Positions 49,674-59,257 of a stretch of DNA of 64,000 nt are shown one piece after another. The notes under the pieces are model-generated. The model was not told where the DNA came from. It searched no databases and saw only the letters and a list, made by a program, of their open reading frames with translations. Where the stretch lies: positions 268,279-332,278 of the forward strand of contig CAMYID010000022.1 of assembly GCA_947258435.1 (NCBI GenBank), in the 5' to 3' direction. This DNA is from an uncultured Alphaproteobacteria bacterium (GTDB taxonomy: Bacteria > Pseudomonadota > Alphaproteobacteria > UBA11222). A program made the position numbers and the translations under genes. Numbering within the stretch: the stretch's first letter is position 1; every line of letters begins with the position of its first letter.

Positions 49674-50810
49674 ATGAAGCTTGCCATACCGCGCGAGCGG
49701 CACACTGATGAAACACGTGTTGCTGCAAGCACCGAGACTGTGAAAAAGCTTGTCGGCCTTGGTCTTGATGTCATTGTCGAAACAGGAGCCGGAGCGGGTG
49801 CCAGTATTTCGGATGCGGATTTCGAGGCCGCCGGCGCGTCGATTGCGCCTGATGCCGTTGCCGCCGTTTCGGATGCTGATATTGTCTTCTGCGTGCAGCG
49901 GCCGACCGCGGAAGCGATTGCGGCAATGAAGCGCGGCGCCAACCTGATCGGGATGCTGGCGCCATTCCGTGACCAGGATGTGTTACAGGACTATGCCGAG
50001 CGCGGGCTGACCGCCTTTGCGATGGAATTCATGCCGCGGATCACCCGCGCGCAGTCGATGGATGTGCTGTCCTCGCAGGCCAATCTGGCGGGCTATCGCG
50101 CGGTAATCGAGGCCTGTCAGCTTTTTGGCCGCGCCATGCCAATGATGATGACGGCCGCAGGCAGCATTGCGCCCGGCCGTGTGATGGTGATGGGCGCCGG
50201 TGTCGCGGGCCTGCAGGCGATTGCAACCGCCCGTCGGCTTGGCGCTATTGTCAGCGCGACCGATGTACGTCCTGCCGCGAAAGAGCAGGTGGAAAGCCTT
50301 GGCGCGAACTTTGTGATGGTTGAATCGGACGAAACCGCCGCAGCCGAAACCGAAGGCGGATATGCGCGGGAGATGAGCGAGGAATATCAACGTGCGCAGG
50401 CGGCGCTGATCGCGGAAACCCTGAAAAAGCAGGATATCGCGATCTGCACGGCACTGATCCCGGGCCGGCCTGCGCCGGTTCTGATTACCGAAGAGATGGT
50501 AAAATCGATGAAACCCGGTTCGGTGATCGTTGATCTTGCGGTTGAGCAGGGGGGTAATTGCCCGCTCAGCAAACCTGGCGAATGCGTGGAAGTGCATGGT
50601 GTGCGGATTATCGGCTACCGCAATATGCCAGGCCGGCTGCCGGTCGATTCTTCCGCACTTTATGCGAAGAATTTGCTGAATTTCCTGACACCGCTGATCG
50701 CTGACGGCGGTGCATTGGAGGTTGACTGGGAAGATGAGATCATCCTGGGCACGTTACTGACACGCAATGGGGCGATGGTTCACCCCGCATTGATGGCAAC
50801 GGCGGAATAA
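49674..50810 (+). CDS. pntAA: NAD(P) transhydrogenase subunit alpha part 1
   Basis: ETRVAAS.E, PRITRAQSMDVLSSQANLAGY, GAGVAGLQA and VDLAVEQGGNC. Confidence 0.97.
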   Translation: MKLAIPRERHTDETRVAASTETVKKLVGLGLDVIVETGAGAGASISDADFEAAGASIAPDAVAAVSDADIVFCVQRPTAEAIAAMKRGANLIGMLAPFRDQDVLQDYAERGLTAFAMEFMPRITRAQSMDVLSSQANLAGYRAVIEACQLFGRAMPMMMTAAGSIAPGRVMVMGAGVAGLQAIATARRLGAIVSATDVRPAAKEQVESLGANFVMVESDETAAAETEGGYAREMSEEYQRAQAALIAETLKKQDIAICTALIPGRPAPVLITEEMVKSMKPGSVIVDLAVEQGGNCPLSKPGECVEVHGVRIIGYRNMPGRLPVDSSALYAKNLLNFLTPLIADGGALEVDWEDEIILGTLLTRNGAMVHPALMATAE

Positions 50811-50823
50811 GCGGATAGCGGAA

Positions 50824-51135
50824 ATGGAAATTGATCCCTTTATCTTTCGCCTGGCGATTTTCGCATTGGCGATTTTCGTCGGTTACTATGTGGTGTGGAG
50901 CGTGACCCCTGCGCTGCATACGCCGCTGATGGCGGTGACCAATGCGATCTCCTCGGTAATCGTGGTGGGGGCGCTGTTGGCGGTGGGCGCGGAAGCGGCC
51001 GCCGATATGTCGGAAGCGGGAATAATCGCCAAAGGGCTGGGCTTTGTGGCGCTGATCCTTGCCTCTGTGAATATTTTTGGCGGCTTTCTGGTCACCCAGC
51101 GCATGCTCGCCATGTACAAAAAGAAACAAAAGTAA
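50824..51135 (+). CDS. pntAB: NAD(P) transhydrogenase subunit alpha part 2
   Basis: VVWSVTPALHTPLMAVTNAISS and NIFGGFLVT.RML.M. Confidence 0.97.
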   Translation: MEIDPFIFRLAIFALAIFVGYYVVWSVTPALHTPLMAVTNAISSVIVVGALLAVGAEAAADMSEAGIIAKGLGFVALILASVNIFGGFLVTQRMLAMYKKKQK

Positions 51136-51138
51136 GGG

Positions 51139-52542
51139 ATGCATGTGAGCGCGAATCTTGCCGCCCTGGCCTATCTGGCCGCTGGTATCCTGTTCATTCT
51201 GGCGCTGCGCGGGCTGTCGTCGCCTGAAACGTCGCGCCGGGGGAATCTCTTTGGCATGGTCGGCATGGGGATTGCCGTCCTGACCACCCTGGCTGTATCC
51301 GGGGTGAAAGACCCTTTGACCTGGGGACTGATCATTGGCGGTGTTGCCATCGGCGGCGGGATCGGCGCGGTGATTGCCAACCGCATTGCGATGACCGCCA
51401 TGCCGCAGCTTGTCGCCGCCTTTCACAGCCTTGTGGGTATGGCCGCGGTGCTGGTGGCGGCGTCCGCACTTTACACCCCGCAGGCATACGGGATCGGCAT
51501 GCCCGGTGCGATCAAGGTTGCCAGCCTGATTGAAATGTCGCTCGGTGCGGCAATCGGTGCAATCACCTTTTCAGGTTCGGTGATCGCCTTCGCCAAATTG
51601 CAGGGGCTGGTCTCGGGTGCGCCTGTTGTCTTCAGGGGGCAGCATCCGCTCAATGCATTGCTCGGCATCGGCTTGCTCGTGCTCGTTGTGATGTTCTGCC
51701 AATCCGAATCGCATGCGATGTTCTGGGGCCTGACCCTGCTGGCCTTCATCATCGGGGTGACGCTGATCATCCCGATCGGCGGGGCGGATATGCCGGTGGT
51801 CGTGTCGATGCTCAATTCCTATTCCGGCTGGGCGGCGGCGGGGATCGGCTTCACGCTTGAAAATACCGCGCTGATCATTACCGGCGCGCTTGTCGGTTCG
51901 TCGGGTGCGATCCTGTCCTACATCATGTGCAAGGGCATGAACCGCTCTTTCTTCAATGTCATTCTGGGCGGTTTCGGCGCAGATGACAGCGCGGCTGCGG
52001 GCGGGGTGGTCGAGACACGGCCGGTCAAGCAGGGCAGTGCCGAGGATGCGGCCTTCATCATGCGCAATGCGGGTTCGGTGATCATCGTGCCCGGCTATGG
52101 CATGGCGGTGGCGCAGGCGCAGCATGCCCTGCGTGAGATGGTGGATCTGCTGAAAGAGGAAGGCGTGAAGATTTCCTATGCCATCCATCCGGTGGCAGGC
52201 CGTATGCCCGGTCATATGAATGTGCTGCTTGCCGAAGCCAATGTGCCATATGACGAGGTTTTCGAGCTTGAGGATATCAACAGCCAGTTCCCCACAGCCG
52301 ATGTCGCCTTCGTTATTGGTGCGAATGATGTGACCAACCCCGCAGCCAAGACCGACAAGGCCAGCCCGATCTACGGCATGCCGATCCTGGACGTCGAAAA
52401 GGCGCAGACCGTGCTGTTTGTGAAACGCGGCATGGGCTCGGGCTATGCCGGGGTCGAGAATGAGCTGTTTTTCCGCGACAATACGATGATGCTGTTCGCG
52501 GATGCCAAGAAAATGGTCGAGGATATCGTCAAGTCATTCTGA
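51139..52542 (+). CDS. pntB: NAD(P) transhydrogenase subunit beta
   Basis: PQLVAAFHSLVG, GGADMPVVVSMLNSYSG, VPGYGMAVAQAQ and HPVAGRMPGHMNVLLAEA. Confidence 0.98.
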   Translation: MHVSANLAALAYLAAGILFILALRGLSSPETSRRGNLFGMVGMGIAVLTTLAVSGVKDPLTWGLIIGGVAIGGGIGAVIANRIAMTAMPQLVAAFHSLVGMAAVLVAASALYTPQAYGIGMPGAIKVASLIEMSLGAAIGAITFSGSVIAFAKLQGLVSGAPVVFRGQHPLNALLGIGLLVLVVMFCQSESHAMFWGLTLLAFIIGVTLIIPIGGADMPVVVSMLNSYSGWAAAGIGFTLENTALIITGALVGSSGAILSYIMCKGMNRSFFNVILGGFGADDSAAAGGVVETRPVKQGSAEDAAFIMRNAGSVIIVPGYGMAVAQAQHALREMVDLLKEEGVKISYAIHPVAGRMPGHMNVLLAEANVPYDEVFELEDINSQFPTADVAFVIGANDVTNPAAKTDKASPIYGMPILDVEKAQTVLFVKRGMGSGYAGVENELFFRDNTMMLFADAKKMVEDIVKSF

Positions 52543-52587
52543 ACGGCGGCGCTTTATTTCTCGGCTGCCGCACGCCATATTAACGCC

Positions 52588-53151
52588 ATGACGATACGCA
52601 AGATCGCGAAGATGGGACATCCCGTGCTGCGCCGCGCCGCACGCCCGGTCACAGATCCCAATGACCCTGAAATCCAGCGGCTGATTGCCGACATGGTGGA
52701 CACCATGATCGATGCCAACGGGGCGGGGCTTGCCGCGCCGCAGGTGCATGAGGGGCTGCGGATCGTGATTTTCCATGCGCCCGCTGATGCCGACCCGGGT
52801 GCTGTGGCTGAAGCGCGCGCGCCGCTGACCGTGCTGATCAATCCCGAAATCGATATTCTGGGTGACGCGATGGAAGAGGGGTGGGAAGGTTGTCTTTCGG
52901 TGCCCGGATTGCGCGGGCTTGTGCCGCGTTATACCCATCTGCGTTATGCGGGGCTTGATCAGAACGGCGTGCCGTTTGCCCGTGAGGCGCGCGGTTTTCA
53001 TGCCCGTGTCGTGCAGCATGAATGCGACCATCTGGACGGGGTGCTTTACCCGCAGCGGATGCGCGATCTCGGCCATCTGGTATTTGAAAGCGAATTGCCG
53101 CGCCTGATGGCGGCGGCGCGCGAAGATAACTTGCAGGATCAGGATCGATGA
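52588..53151 (+). CDS. def: Peptide deformylase
   Basis: G.GLAAPQ, EGCLS and QHECDHL motifs are intact. Confidence 0.96.
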   Translation: MTIRKIAKMGHPVLRRAARPVTDPNDPEIQRLIADMVDTMIDANGAGLAAPQVHEGLRIVIFHAPADADPGAVAEARAPLTVLINPEIDILGDAMEEGWEGCLSVPGLRGLVPRYTHLRYAGLDQNGVPFAREARGFHARVVQHECDHLDGVLYPQRMRDLGHLVFESELPRLMAAAREDNLQDQDR

Positions 53152-53870
53152 GCAGCGCACACGCACGAGCGGCGTCCGATACCGCCTTTGCCCGGGACAG
53201 GGCTGCGCTGCTGTCTGCCGCCCTGCCCCATGCTGCCTTTGACGGGTGGCCGCGGGCCTTTGACCAGGCGGTGGCCGCATGTGCCATCGATGCCGGGCGG
53301 GTGGCGCTTGCCTTTCCCAACGGGGCGGCGGACCTTGTCGGTTATTTCTGGCGCGTGATGGATGCAGCGCTTGCCGAACAACTGGCAATGTGCAGGCTTG
53401 AAGAAAAGGGCGTGGCCGAGCGGATCGGTATCGCTTTGCACGAATATCTCGCTTTGCTTGCCCCGCATCGGGAGGCGGTGCGGCGCGCCATGGCCTATCA
53501 GGCGCTGCCGCCGAATGCCGCCGGGGCGGCGCGCGCGCTTTACGGTACCGTGGATACAATCTGGCGCGCGGTGGGCGATAAATCCACCGATTTCAATTTC
53601 TATACAAAGCGCATGACCCTTGCTGCGGTGCTGGTGGCGGTCCTGACCCATTGGCTCGGCCAGCAGCCGTCGGGCGATGACAAGGCCGATGCGGCGGCGA
53701 TGGAACGCTTTATCGACCGCCGGCTTGCCGATGTGATGCGCATTGAAAAGGCAAAGGCGCACGCCCGGGGCCTGGCTGCGCAGTTGCCTGATCCGTTTCG
53801 CCTGATCGGTCAGTTTGGCGGGCGCGGGCGCGGCGGCTTTGCCCGGCCGGGGCAGGGGCGTTTCAGCTAG
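53148..53870 (+). CDS. coq9: COQ9 family ubiquinone biosynthesis lipid-binding protein
   Basis: AAFDGW, FP.G..DL, LY..VD.IWR..GD.STDFN.YTKR..L and FIDRRL.DVM. Confidence 0.92.
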   Translation: MSSAHARAASDTAFARDRAALLSAALPHAAFDGWPRAFDQAVAACAIDAGRVALAFPNGAADLVGYFWRVMDAALAEQLAMCRLEEKGVAERIGIALHEYLALLAPHREAVRRAMAYQALPPNAAGAARALYGTVDTIWRAVGDKSTDFNFYTKRMTLAAVLVAVLTHWLGQQPSGDDKADAAAMERFIDRRLADVMRIEKAKAHARGLAAQLPDPFRLIGQFGGRGRGGFARPGQGRFS

Positions 53871-53878
53871 CCCCGCCG

Positions 53879-55306
53879 ATGCGCGTGCCCGGTTCCCCGA
53901 TGCGGCAGGCCTTTGCGCTTGACTATGCTGACCCGGCCGAGATTTTCACGTTCTTTGCCGAGGAACCATGGGCTGTGTTCCTTGATTCGGCGCGGGCCGA
54001 TCCCGGGCTTGGCCGTTACAGCTTTATCTGTGTCGAGCCGGTCAGCCGGCTGACTGTTACAGGCGACAAGTTGTTGTGCGACGGCAAGCCTGAGCGGGGC
54101 GATCCGTTCGAGCTTTTGCAGCGGATGCTGGCCGGGCGGGCCGCGCCCCTATTGCCCGGCTTGCCGCCGTTTCAGGGCGGGGCTGCGGGGTTTTTCGGCT
54201 ATGAGCTCGGCGGCTGGCTTGAGCGCTTGCCGGCACCCGGACCCGGCGGCGCGGCACTGGCGGACATGGCGGTGGGAATCTATCAGGCGGTCCTGGCCTT
54301 CGATATTGTGGACCGGAAGCTGTGGCTGATCGCGGAGGCCGATTGCCCGCCTGCGCTTGTTGCGCGGTTGCGGCGCGCCGTGGCCGATGCGGTGCGCGGC
54401 AAATCCACGCGGCCGCCGGAACCTGGTCCCGCCGCACCGCTTTCGGCGCTGAACATCCGCAGTAACTTCACGCGCACCGAATATTGCGCGGCGGTGGCGC
54501 GGGTCATCGATTATATTCTTGCAGGCGATATCTTTCAGGCGAATATCGCGCAGCGCTTCACCATCGATCTGCCCGGCGGATTTGCGCCTTATCAGTTCTA
54601 TCGCCGCCTGCGGCAGGTGAATGCCGCGCCCTTTGCGGCCTTTCTGCGGCTTGAGGGGGGTGCCATCGCCTCCTCCTCCCCTGAACGGTTTGTGAAACTC
54701 TCAGCCGATGCGGTGGAGGCGCGGCCGATCAAAGGCACCCGCCCGCGTGCAGCCGATCGGGCGACAGACCCTGAAGCCGACCGCAGAATTGCCGCGGCGC
54801 TGCTGGCCAGCGAAAAGGACCGGGCCGAAAATGTGATGATCGTCGATCTGCTGCGTAACGATCTCAGCCGTGTTTGCCGCGATGGCAGCGTCAGCGTGCC
54901 CACGCTGTGCGGGCTTGAAAGCTATGCCACCGTGCATCATCTCGTCTCGGTCGTGGAAGGCCGGCTGCGCGCGGGGCTTGGGGCCTGCGATCTGCTGCGC
55001 GCGGCCTTCCCCGGCGGGTCGATTACCGGTGCTCCGAAGATCCGGGCAATGGAAATCATCGCCCGGACCGAACCGCATCCACGCGGTCCCTATTGTGGGG
55101 CGATCGGCTATCTGGGTTCGGATGGCGGCATGGATCTCAATATCGCGATTCGCACCGTGGCATTTGCCGCGGATAAAGCTTACTTCCATGCGGGTGGCGG
55201 CATCGTTGCCGATTCCGATCCCGTGGCCGAATATGCCGAAACGCTTGACAAGGCGCGGGCGATTTTCGCCGCCTTTGGTATCCAACCGCCGGTTTCACCT
55301 TCATGA
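53879..55306 (+). CDS. pabB: Aminodeoxychorismate synthase component I
   Basis: FLDSA......GRYS, PFQGG..GFFGYE, GDIFQANI, SSSPERF, RPIKGT, SEKDRAENVMIVDLLRND and FPGGSITGAPK. Confidence 0.92.
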   Translation: MRVPGSPMRQAFALDYADPAEIFTFFAEEPWAVFLDSARADPGLGRYSFICVEPVSRLTVTGDKLLCDGKPERGDPFELLQRMLAGRAAPLLPGLPPFQGGAAGFFGYELGGWLERLPAPGPGGAALADMAVGIYQAVLAFDIVDRKLWLIAEADCPPALVARLRRAVADAVRGKSTRPPEPGPAAPLSALNIRSNFTRTEYCAAVARVIDYILAGDIFQANIAQRFTIDLPGGFAPYQFYRRLRQVNAAPFAAFLRLEGGAIASSSPERFVKLSADAVEARPIKGTRPRAADRATDPEADRRIAAALLASEKDRAENVMIVDLLRNDLSRVCRDGSVSVPTLCGLESYATVHHLVSVVEGRLRAGLGACDLLRAAFPGGSITGAPKIRAMEIIARTEPHPRGPYCGAIGYLGSDGGMDLNIAIRTVAFAADKAYFHAGGGIVADSDPVAEYAETLDKARAIFAAFGIQPPVSPS

Positions 55307-55899
55307 TCCTGCTGATCGACAATTATGATTCCTTTGTTCACAATCTCGCCCGCTATGTGGGGGAACTTGGTTTTGCGCGCGAAGTTGTACGCAATGATGC
55401 GATCAGCCTGCCCGAAATCGCAGTGCTTGATCCGCAGGCGATCATTCTGTCGCCCGGACCCTGCACCCCGCGGCAGGCGGGTATCTCGCTTGCACTGGTG
55501 CGGCAGATGTCGGACCGGATACCGATGCTGGGTGTCTGCCTTGGCCATCAGGCGATCGCTGAAAGTTTCGGGGCGGTGCTGCGGCGCGCGCTGACGCCGC
55601 GACATGGCAAGATGTCCCGGGTCAGCCATGAGGGGACGGGGCTGTTTGCCGGGCTGCCCGATCCGCTGCGCGTCGGGCGCTATCATTCATTGGCGGTTGA
55701 GATTGGTGAAGGTTCACCCTTGCGCATAACCGCCCGCGCGGAAGATGGCGAGGTGATGGCCTTCGCGCATCCGCATCTGCCCGCTTACGGGGTGCAGTTT
55801 CACCCCGAATCGGTACTGACCGAAGACGGGCATCGACTGCTTGGCAATTTCCTCGATCTTGCGGTGCGGTGGAACAGGGCAAGAGGGGGCGTGCGATGA
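55303..55899 (+). CDS. pabA: Glutamine amidotransferase (ADC/anthranilate synthase component II)
   Basis: IDNYDSFV.N, SPGP, GVCLGHQ, RYHSL and QFHPES. Confidence 0.92.
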   Translation: MILLIDNYDSFVHNLARYVGELGFAREVVRNDAISLPEIAVLDPQAIILSPGPCTPRQAGISLALVRQMSDRIPMLGVCLGHQAIAESFGAVLRRALTPRHGKMSRVSHEGTGLFAGLPDPLRVGRYHSLAVEIGEGSPLRITARAEDGEVMAFAHPHLPAYGVQFHPESVLTEDGHRLLGNFLDLAVRWNRARGGVR

Positions 55900-56729
55900 T
55901 CGGCTGGCTTAATGGCGAAATGGCACAGCTCGATGAGCTGCGAATCGATCCGCGTGATCGCGGGCTTCTGCTGGGCGACGGGTTGTTTGAAACCCTGCTG
56001 TCGGAAAACGGTACGATCCGGCGCGTCAGGCGGCATCTGGCGCGACTTTATGAATCGGCGGATCTGATCGGCTTGCCGCTTCACAAAACCGATCTTGAAC
56101 TGTTGACCGCGATGCAGCATGTGCTTGCTGCAAATGCCTTGCAGGAAGGCCGCGCCGCATTACGGCTGACGGTGAGCCGCGGGATCGGGCCGCGCGGGCT
56201 TCTGCCATCCGATGATGCGTTGGTGACGATCCTGATCACCGCCACCGCGCTTGATCCCGCGCCGCAGAATTGCCGCGCCATTATCGCGCAAACGGTCCGG
56301 GCATCGGGCACGATCAGCGCGCGGGTGAAAAGTCTTAACTATCTTGATTCGGTGCTTGCCCGGCGCGAGGCGGCTGAGCACGGCGTGGCGGAGGCGCTGA
56401 TGCGCAATTGCCACGGTCGGATCGCCGAGGCAAGTGCCGCCAATCTGTTTCTCGTGCATGATGGCAGGCTTGTCACGCCGCCCGTTTCCGAGGGGGCGCT
56501 GCCCGGTATTCAGCGCGCGGTGGCGATGGCGGCGGCCCATGCGCTTGGTTACGAGGTGGGGGAAGAGCCGGTGGAAGAGCGCGCGCTTGCGGACGCGGAT
56601 GAGCTTTTCGTGACCAATTCCCTGATCGGTATTTGCCCGCTTGTCGCGCTTGGCGCGCGCGCGGTCGGGACAGGTAAGGCCGGCCCTGTCACCCGCGCGA
56701 TTGCGGCGCGGGCAAGCCAGCTTGAATAA
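55896..56729 (+). CDS. pabC: Class IV PLP enzyme, probable aminodeoxychorismate lyase
   Basis: DRGLLLGDGLFET, RH..RL, KSLNYL, E.SAANLF and ALPGI. Follows pabBA directly. Confidence 0.82.
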   Translation: MIGWLNGEMAQLDELRIDPRDRGLLLGDGLFETLLSENGTIRRVRRHLARLYESADLIGLPLHKTDLELLTAMQHVLAANALQEGRAALRLTVSRGIGPRGLLPSDDALVTILITATALDPAPQNCRAIIAQTVRASGTISARVKSLNYLDSVLARREAAEHGVAEALMRNCHGRIAEASAANLFLVHDGRLVTPPVSEGALPGIQRAVAMAAAHALGYEVGEEPVEERALADADELFVTNSLIGICPLVALGARAVGTGKAGPVTRAIAARASQLE

Positions 56730-56763
56730 TCATTTGCCGCGTGCCTGAGCTGGCGGCGGCAGC

Positions 56764-57222
56764 CTAGCTGCGGGGCCGCACGATCCGGCAGGTCGCCGTG
56801 CCATAGACGCAAATCCTGCCATCGGGATCGACAATGCTACCGTCGGTGATAACGGTCCGGCCCTGGGTGTCGATGACCTTGCCATGGGCAACATAGACAG
56901 TGCCATCCGCCTTCATCGCGCGCAGATATTTGATATTCAGATCGATGGTGGTGAACACCTCTTCTTCGGCAAGCGTGCTGATCAGCGCCCAGCCCATCAC
57001 CCCGTCAAGCACGGTCGCGCCATAGCCGCCATGCACATTGAAGGAGGGGTTGCGGTGTTTTTCACCCGGATGGCAAAGCAGCCTTGCCCAGCCCCGGTCG
57101 AAAGCGTCCAGTTCGACATCCATCAGATCGGTCATCGACTGCACATTGCTGCGCTTTTCCTGCATTAGCTTCAGGCGGGTCATGCCGTCGGGCATGCCGC
57201 GTTTTTTCTTCTGTTCCGGCAT
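56764..57222 (-). CDS. PaaI family thioesterase
   Basis: NPSFNVHGGY.ATVLD, TIDLNIKYLRA and hot-dog strand pattern. Start is uncertain (57183-57252). Confidence 0.85.
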   Translation of the reverse strand: MPEQKKKRGMPDGMTRLKLMQEKRSNVQSMTDLMDVELDAFDRGWARLLCHPGEKHRNPSFNVHGGYGATVLDGVMGWALISTLAEEEVFTTIDLNIKYLRAMKADGTVYVAHGKVIDTQGRTVITDGSIVDPDGRICVYGTATCRIVRPRS

Positions 57223-57285
57223 GCGCTTGTGCTGCCCCTTTTCTGTTTGCATGACCGCGCGCGGGCAGCGCAAATCAGGCGAAGC

Positions 57286-58716
57286 TCAGATCAGTTCGCG
57301 CACGCTGCCCGAGGCGGAGATATGCCCTTCTGTATAGCGTTCGTGATTTTTTTCAATATCGCCGAGCTTATAAAGATAGTTGACCATCATGCCATGCGAC
57401 TGGCGGATGCCGTTCTTCGAGCGGTCGCCCAGGAAATTAAGCCGTTCGACCCGTGCGCCATTGGTCAGGTGGAAATGCGCCACCGGATCGCGCGCTGTCC
57501 CGCTATCGCGCCGCGCTTCCAGCAGGTAGCGCGCGCCAAGCCGGGTCAATACCGGTTGCAGCAGGGCGGTCAGTTCCGCATCCTGCCACCAGTCGGGTGT
57601 TTCGAGCAGCGCAATCAGCGCGGCTTCAGCGGTGGGCGCGCCCGATTTTGCCCTTAGCGCCAATGCGTCCGGCGCGGGCAACATGGCGGTGCTGTCGCCG
57701 CTCTTGAGTGCATTGTCAAGCCAGGCTGCAAATCCGGGCATGGGCGACAGGGTGGCAAAGGTTTTCAACCGCGGCAATTTGGTTTTCAGATCATTGACAA
57801 CATGCTTGATCAGGAATTCACCGAACCCGACCCCCGCAAGCCCTTTCTGGGCGTTCGAAATTGAATAAAAGATCGCGGTGTCGGCCTCTTCCGGTGCCGT
57901 GGCCGGGGCTTTTTCATCAAGCAATTCCTGCACATTGCCGGCAATGCCGCTGACAAGCGCAACCTCGACAAAGATCAGCGGCTCATCGGGCATGGCGGGA
58001 TGAAAAAAGCCATAGCAGCGCCGATCCGAATCGAGACGGTTTTTCAGATCGCTCCAGGATTTGATTGCATGCACAGCCTCATAGGCGATGAGCTTTTCAA
58101 GCAAGGCGGCGGGCGCTCCCCAGTCGATCGCATGCAGTTCAAGAAAGCCCGCATCGAACCAGGACGCCAGCAATTCACGCAGCTCCTGATCAAGCGGCCC
58201 GAGCCGGGGTGTGTCACGCTTGAAGCGCAGGATGTCGGCGCGCAGATCGACAAGGAACTTCACCCCCTGGGCGATGCCGTTAAACTGCCGCAGCAGCCCG
58301 ATACGCGGTGATTCGAGCATTTGCCGCAAATGCCGTTCGGCCGCCGCCAGCGCCTCCGGATCCTGCAGCTCGAACAGCGGTTTCGCCGCCTGCCGCACCG
58401 CCATATGATCAATGCCATAGTCATCTGCCAGCAAGGTCAGAAAACGTTTGCGCCCCTTATCGCTCAGGCTCAGATAGGTGCGCCCGATCTCTGTCGCCTG
58501 ATTGCGCGCGGCAACTTCGCCGCCCCGGGCTTCCAGACAGCGATCGATCTGCTGTCGCAGGCGGATCAGGTCTTCTTCGGGCAGATCAGGGCGGAGCTGG
58601 CTGCCGATGCGGGCTAATGTTGCACCGCGCAGATCGCGCAGCGCCCGGACAATGCGGCTGCCAGTCCGACTGAAAAGCCGTGAGTCCTGATCTGCCGGTG
58701 CCGGTACTATTTCCAC
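57286..58716 (-). CDS. Malonyl-CoA decarboxylase
   Basis: SWFDAGFL.L..IDW..PA..LEKLI.YEAVH, DL..RL..DRRCY.FFHP, FYSISN.Q.GL.GV.FG, TLSP.PGF and DPVAHFHL.NGA. GTG start with AGGAG RBS. Confidence 0.95.
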   Translation of the reverse strand: MEIVPAPADQDSRLFSRTGSRIVRALRDLRGATLARIGSQLRPDLPEEDLIRLRQQIDRCLEARGGEVAARNQATEIGRTYLSLSDKGRKRFLTLLADDYGIDHMAVRQAAKPLFELQDPEALAAAERHLRQMLESPRIGLLRQFNGIAQGVKFLVDLRADILRFKRDTPRLGPLDQELRELLASWFDAGFLELHAIDWGAPAALLEKLIAYEAVHAIKSWSDLKNRLDSDRRCYGFFHPAMPDEPLIFVEVALVSGIAGNVQELLDEKAPATAPEEADTAIFYSISNAQKGLAGVGFGEFLIKHVVNDLKTKLPRLKTFATLSPMPGFAAWLDNALKSGDSTAMLPAPDALALRAKSGAPTAEAALIALLETPDWWQDAELTALLQPVLTRLGARYLLEARRDSGTARDPVAHFHLTNGARVERLNFLGDRSKNGIRQSHGMMVNYLYKLGDIEKNHERYTEGHISASGSVRELI

Positions 58717-58834
58717 GGTGACTACTCCTGTCTTTGTCTGTGATGCCTTTTGTATGCCGCCCTAATCCTGACATACCGAACCATAAGGTGAGGTTACGAC
58801 CAAATCATGACGCGGCCCCTCTTCGCGATAGGTA

Positions 58835-58846
58835 TGGTGCATTGCA
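58835..58846 (-). promoter_or_regulatory. Possible PhaR-type operator upstream of malonyl-CoA decarboxylase
   Basis: The minus strand reads TGCAATGCACCA, fitting the TGCRNYGCASMA pattern I recall for rhizobial PhaR (needs verification). Confidence 0.35.
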
Positions 58847-58867
58847 AAAAAGCCAAGCAAAAAAGCC
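58844..58867. repeat. 11-bp direct repeat, period 13, intergenic
   Basis: GCAAAAAAGCC at 58844-58854 and 58857-58867. Confidence 0.8.
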
Positions 58868-58915
58868 CGGCGGCAGTTGGGAATCTTTTGTGTCGGATGA
58901 GTAACGCCGGCCCGC

Positions 58916-59116
58916 CTAGGCGATAATATCGGGATAAATCAAATCTTCGATCCGGGCGATTTCATCGCGCAGCCGCAGCTTTTTCTTCTTCAGCCGCTGC
59001 AATTGCAGCCGGTCGCCGGCCGGATTCTCCTGCAATGCCGAAATAGCGGCATCAAGATCCCTGTGTTCCTGCCGCAATTCATGCAACTGGGCGCGCAGGC
59101 TTTCGGTATCTGGCAT
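58916..59116 (-). CDS. YdcH/DUF465 family small coiled-coil protein
   Basis: L.ELRQEHRDLDAAI, LQLQRLKKKKL.LRDEI and YPDIIA end. Start moved to 59116. Confidence 0.92.
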   Translation of the reverse strand: MPDTESLRAQLHELRQEHRDLDAAISALQENPAGDRLQLQRLKKKKLRLRDEIARIEDLIYPDIIA

Positions 59117-59257
59117 AAAGGGACCGTGGGGACAGCTTTGTGACGAAACGCCAGGCACTATAGCACAGCCTGATGCGGCTGCTATCGCCGACTGCCCGGT
59201 GGCGCGCAGAAATCCGGCGGCGTCCCCGCATCGGTGGGCACGGCACGGCGCGCGCGA

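Noticed and set aside
49674-51135. Split pntA as a frameshift or pseudogene
   Set aside because: The three-gene pntAA-pntAB-pntB layout is the normal Rhodospirillum-type organisation, and both parts have proper starts and motifs.
53148-53870. Absence of a divergent rpsU next to coq9
   Set aside because: A simple synteny difference with no functional implication that I can support.
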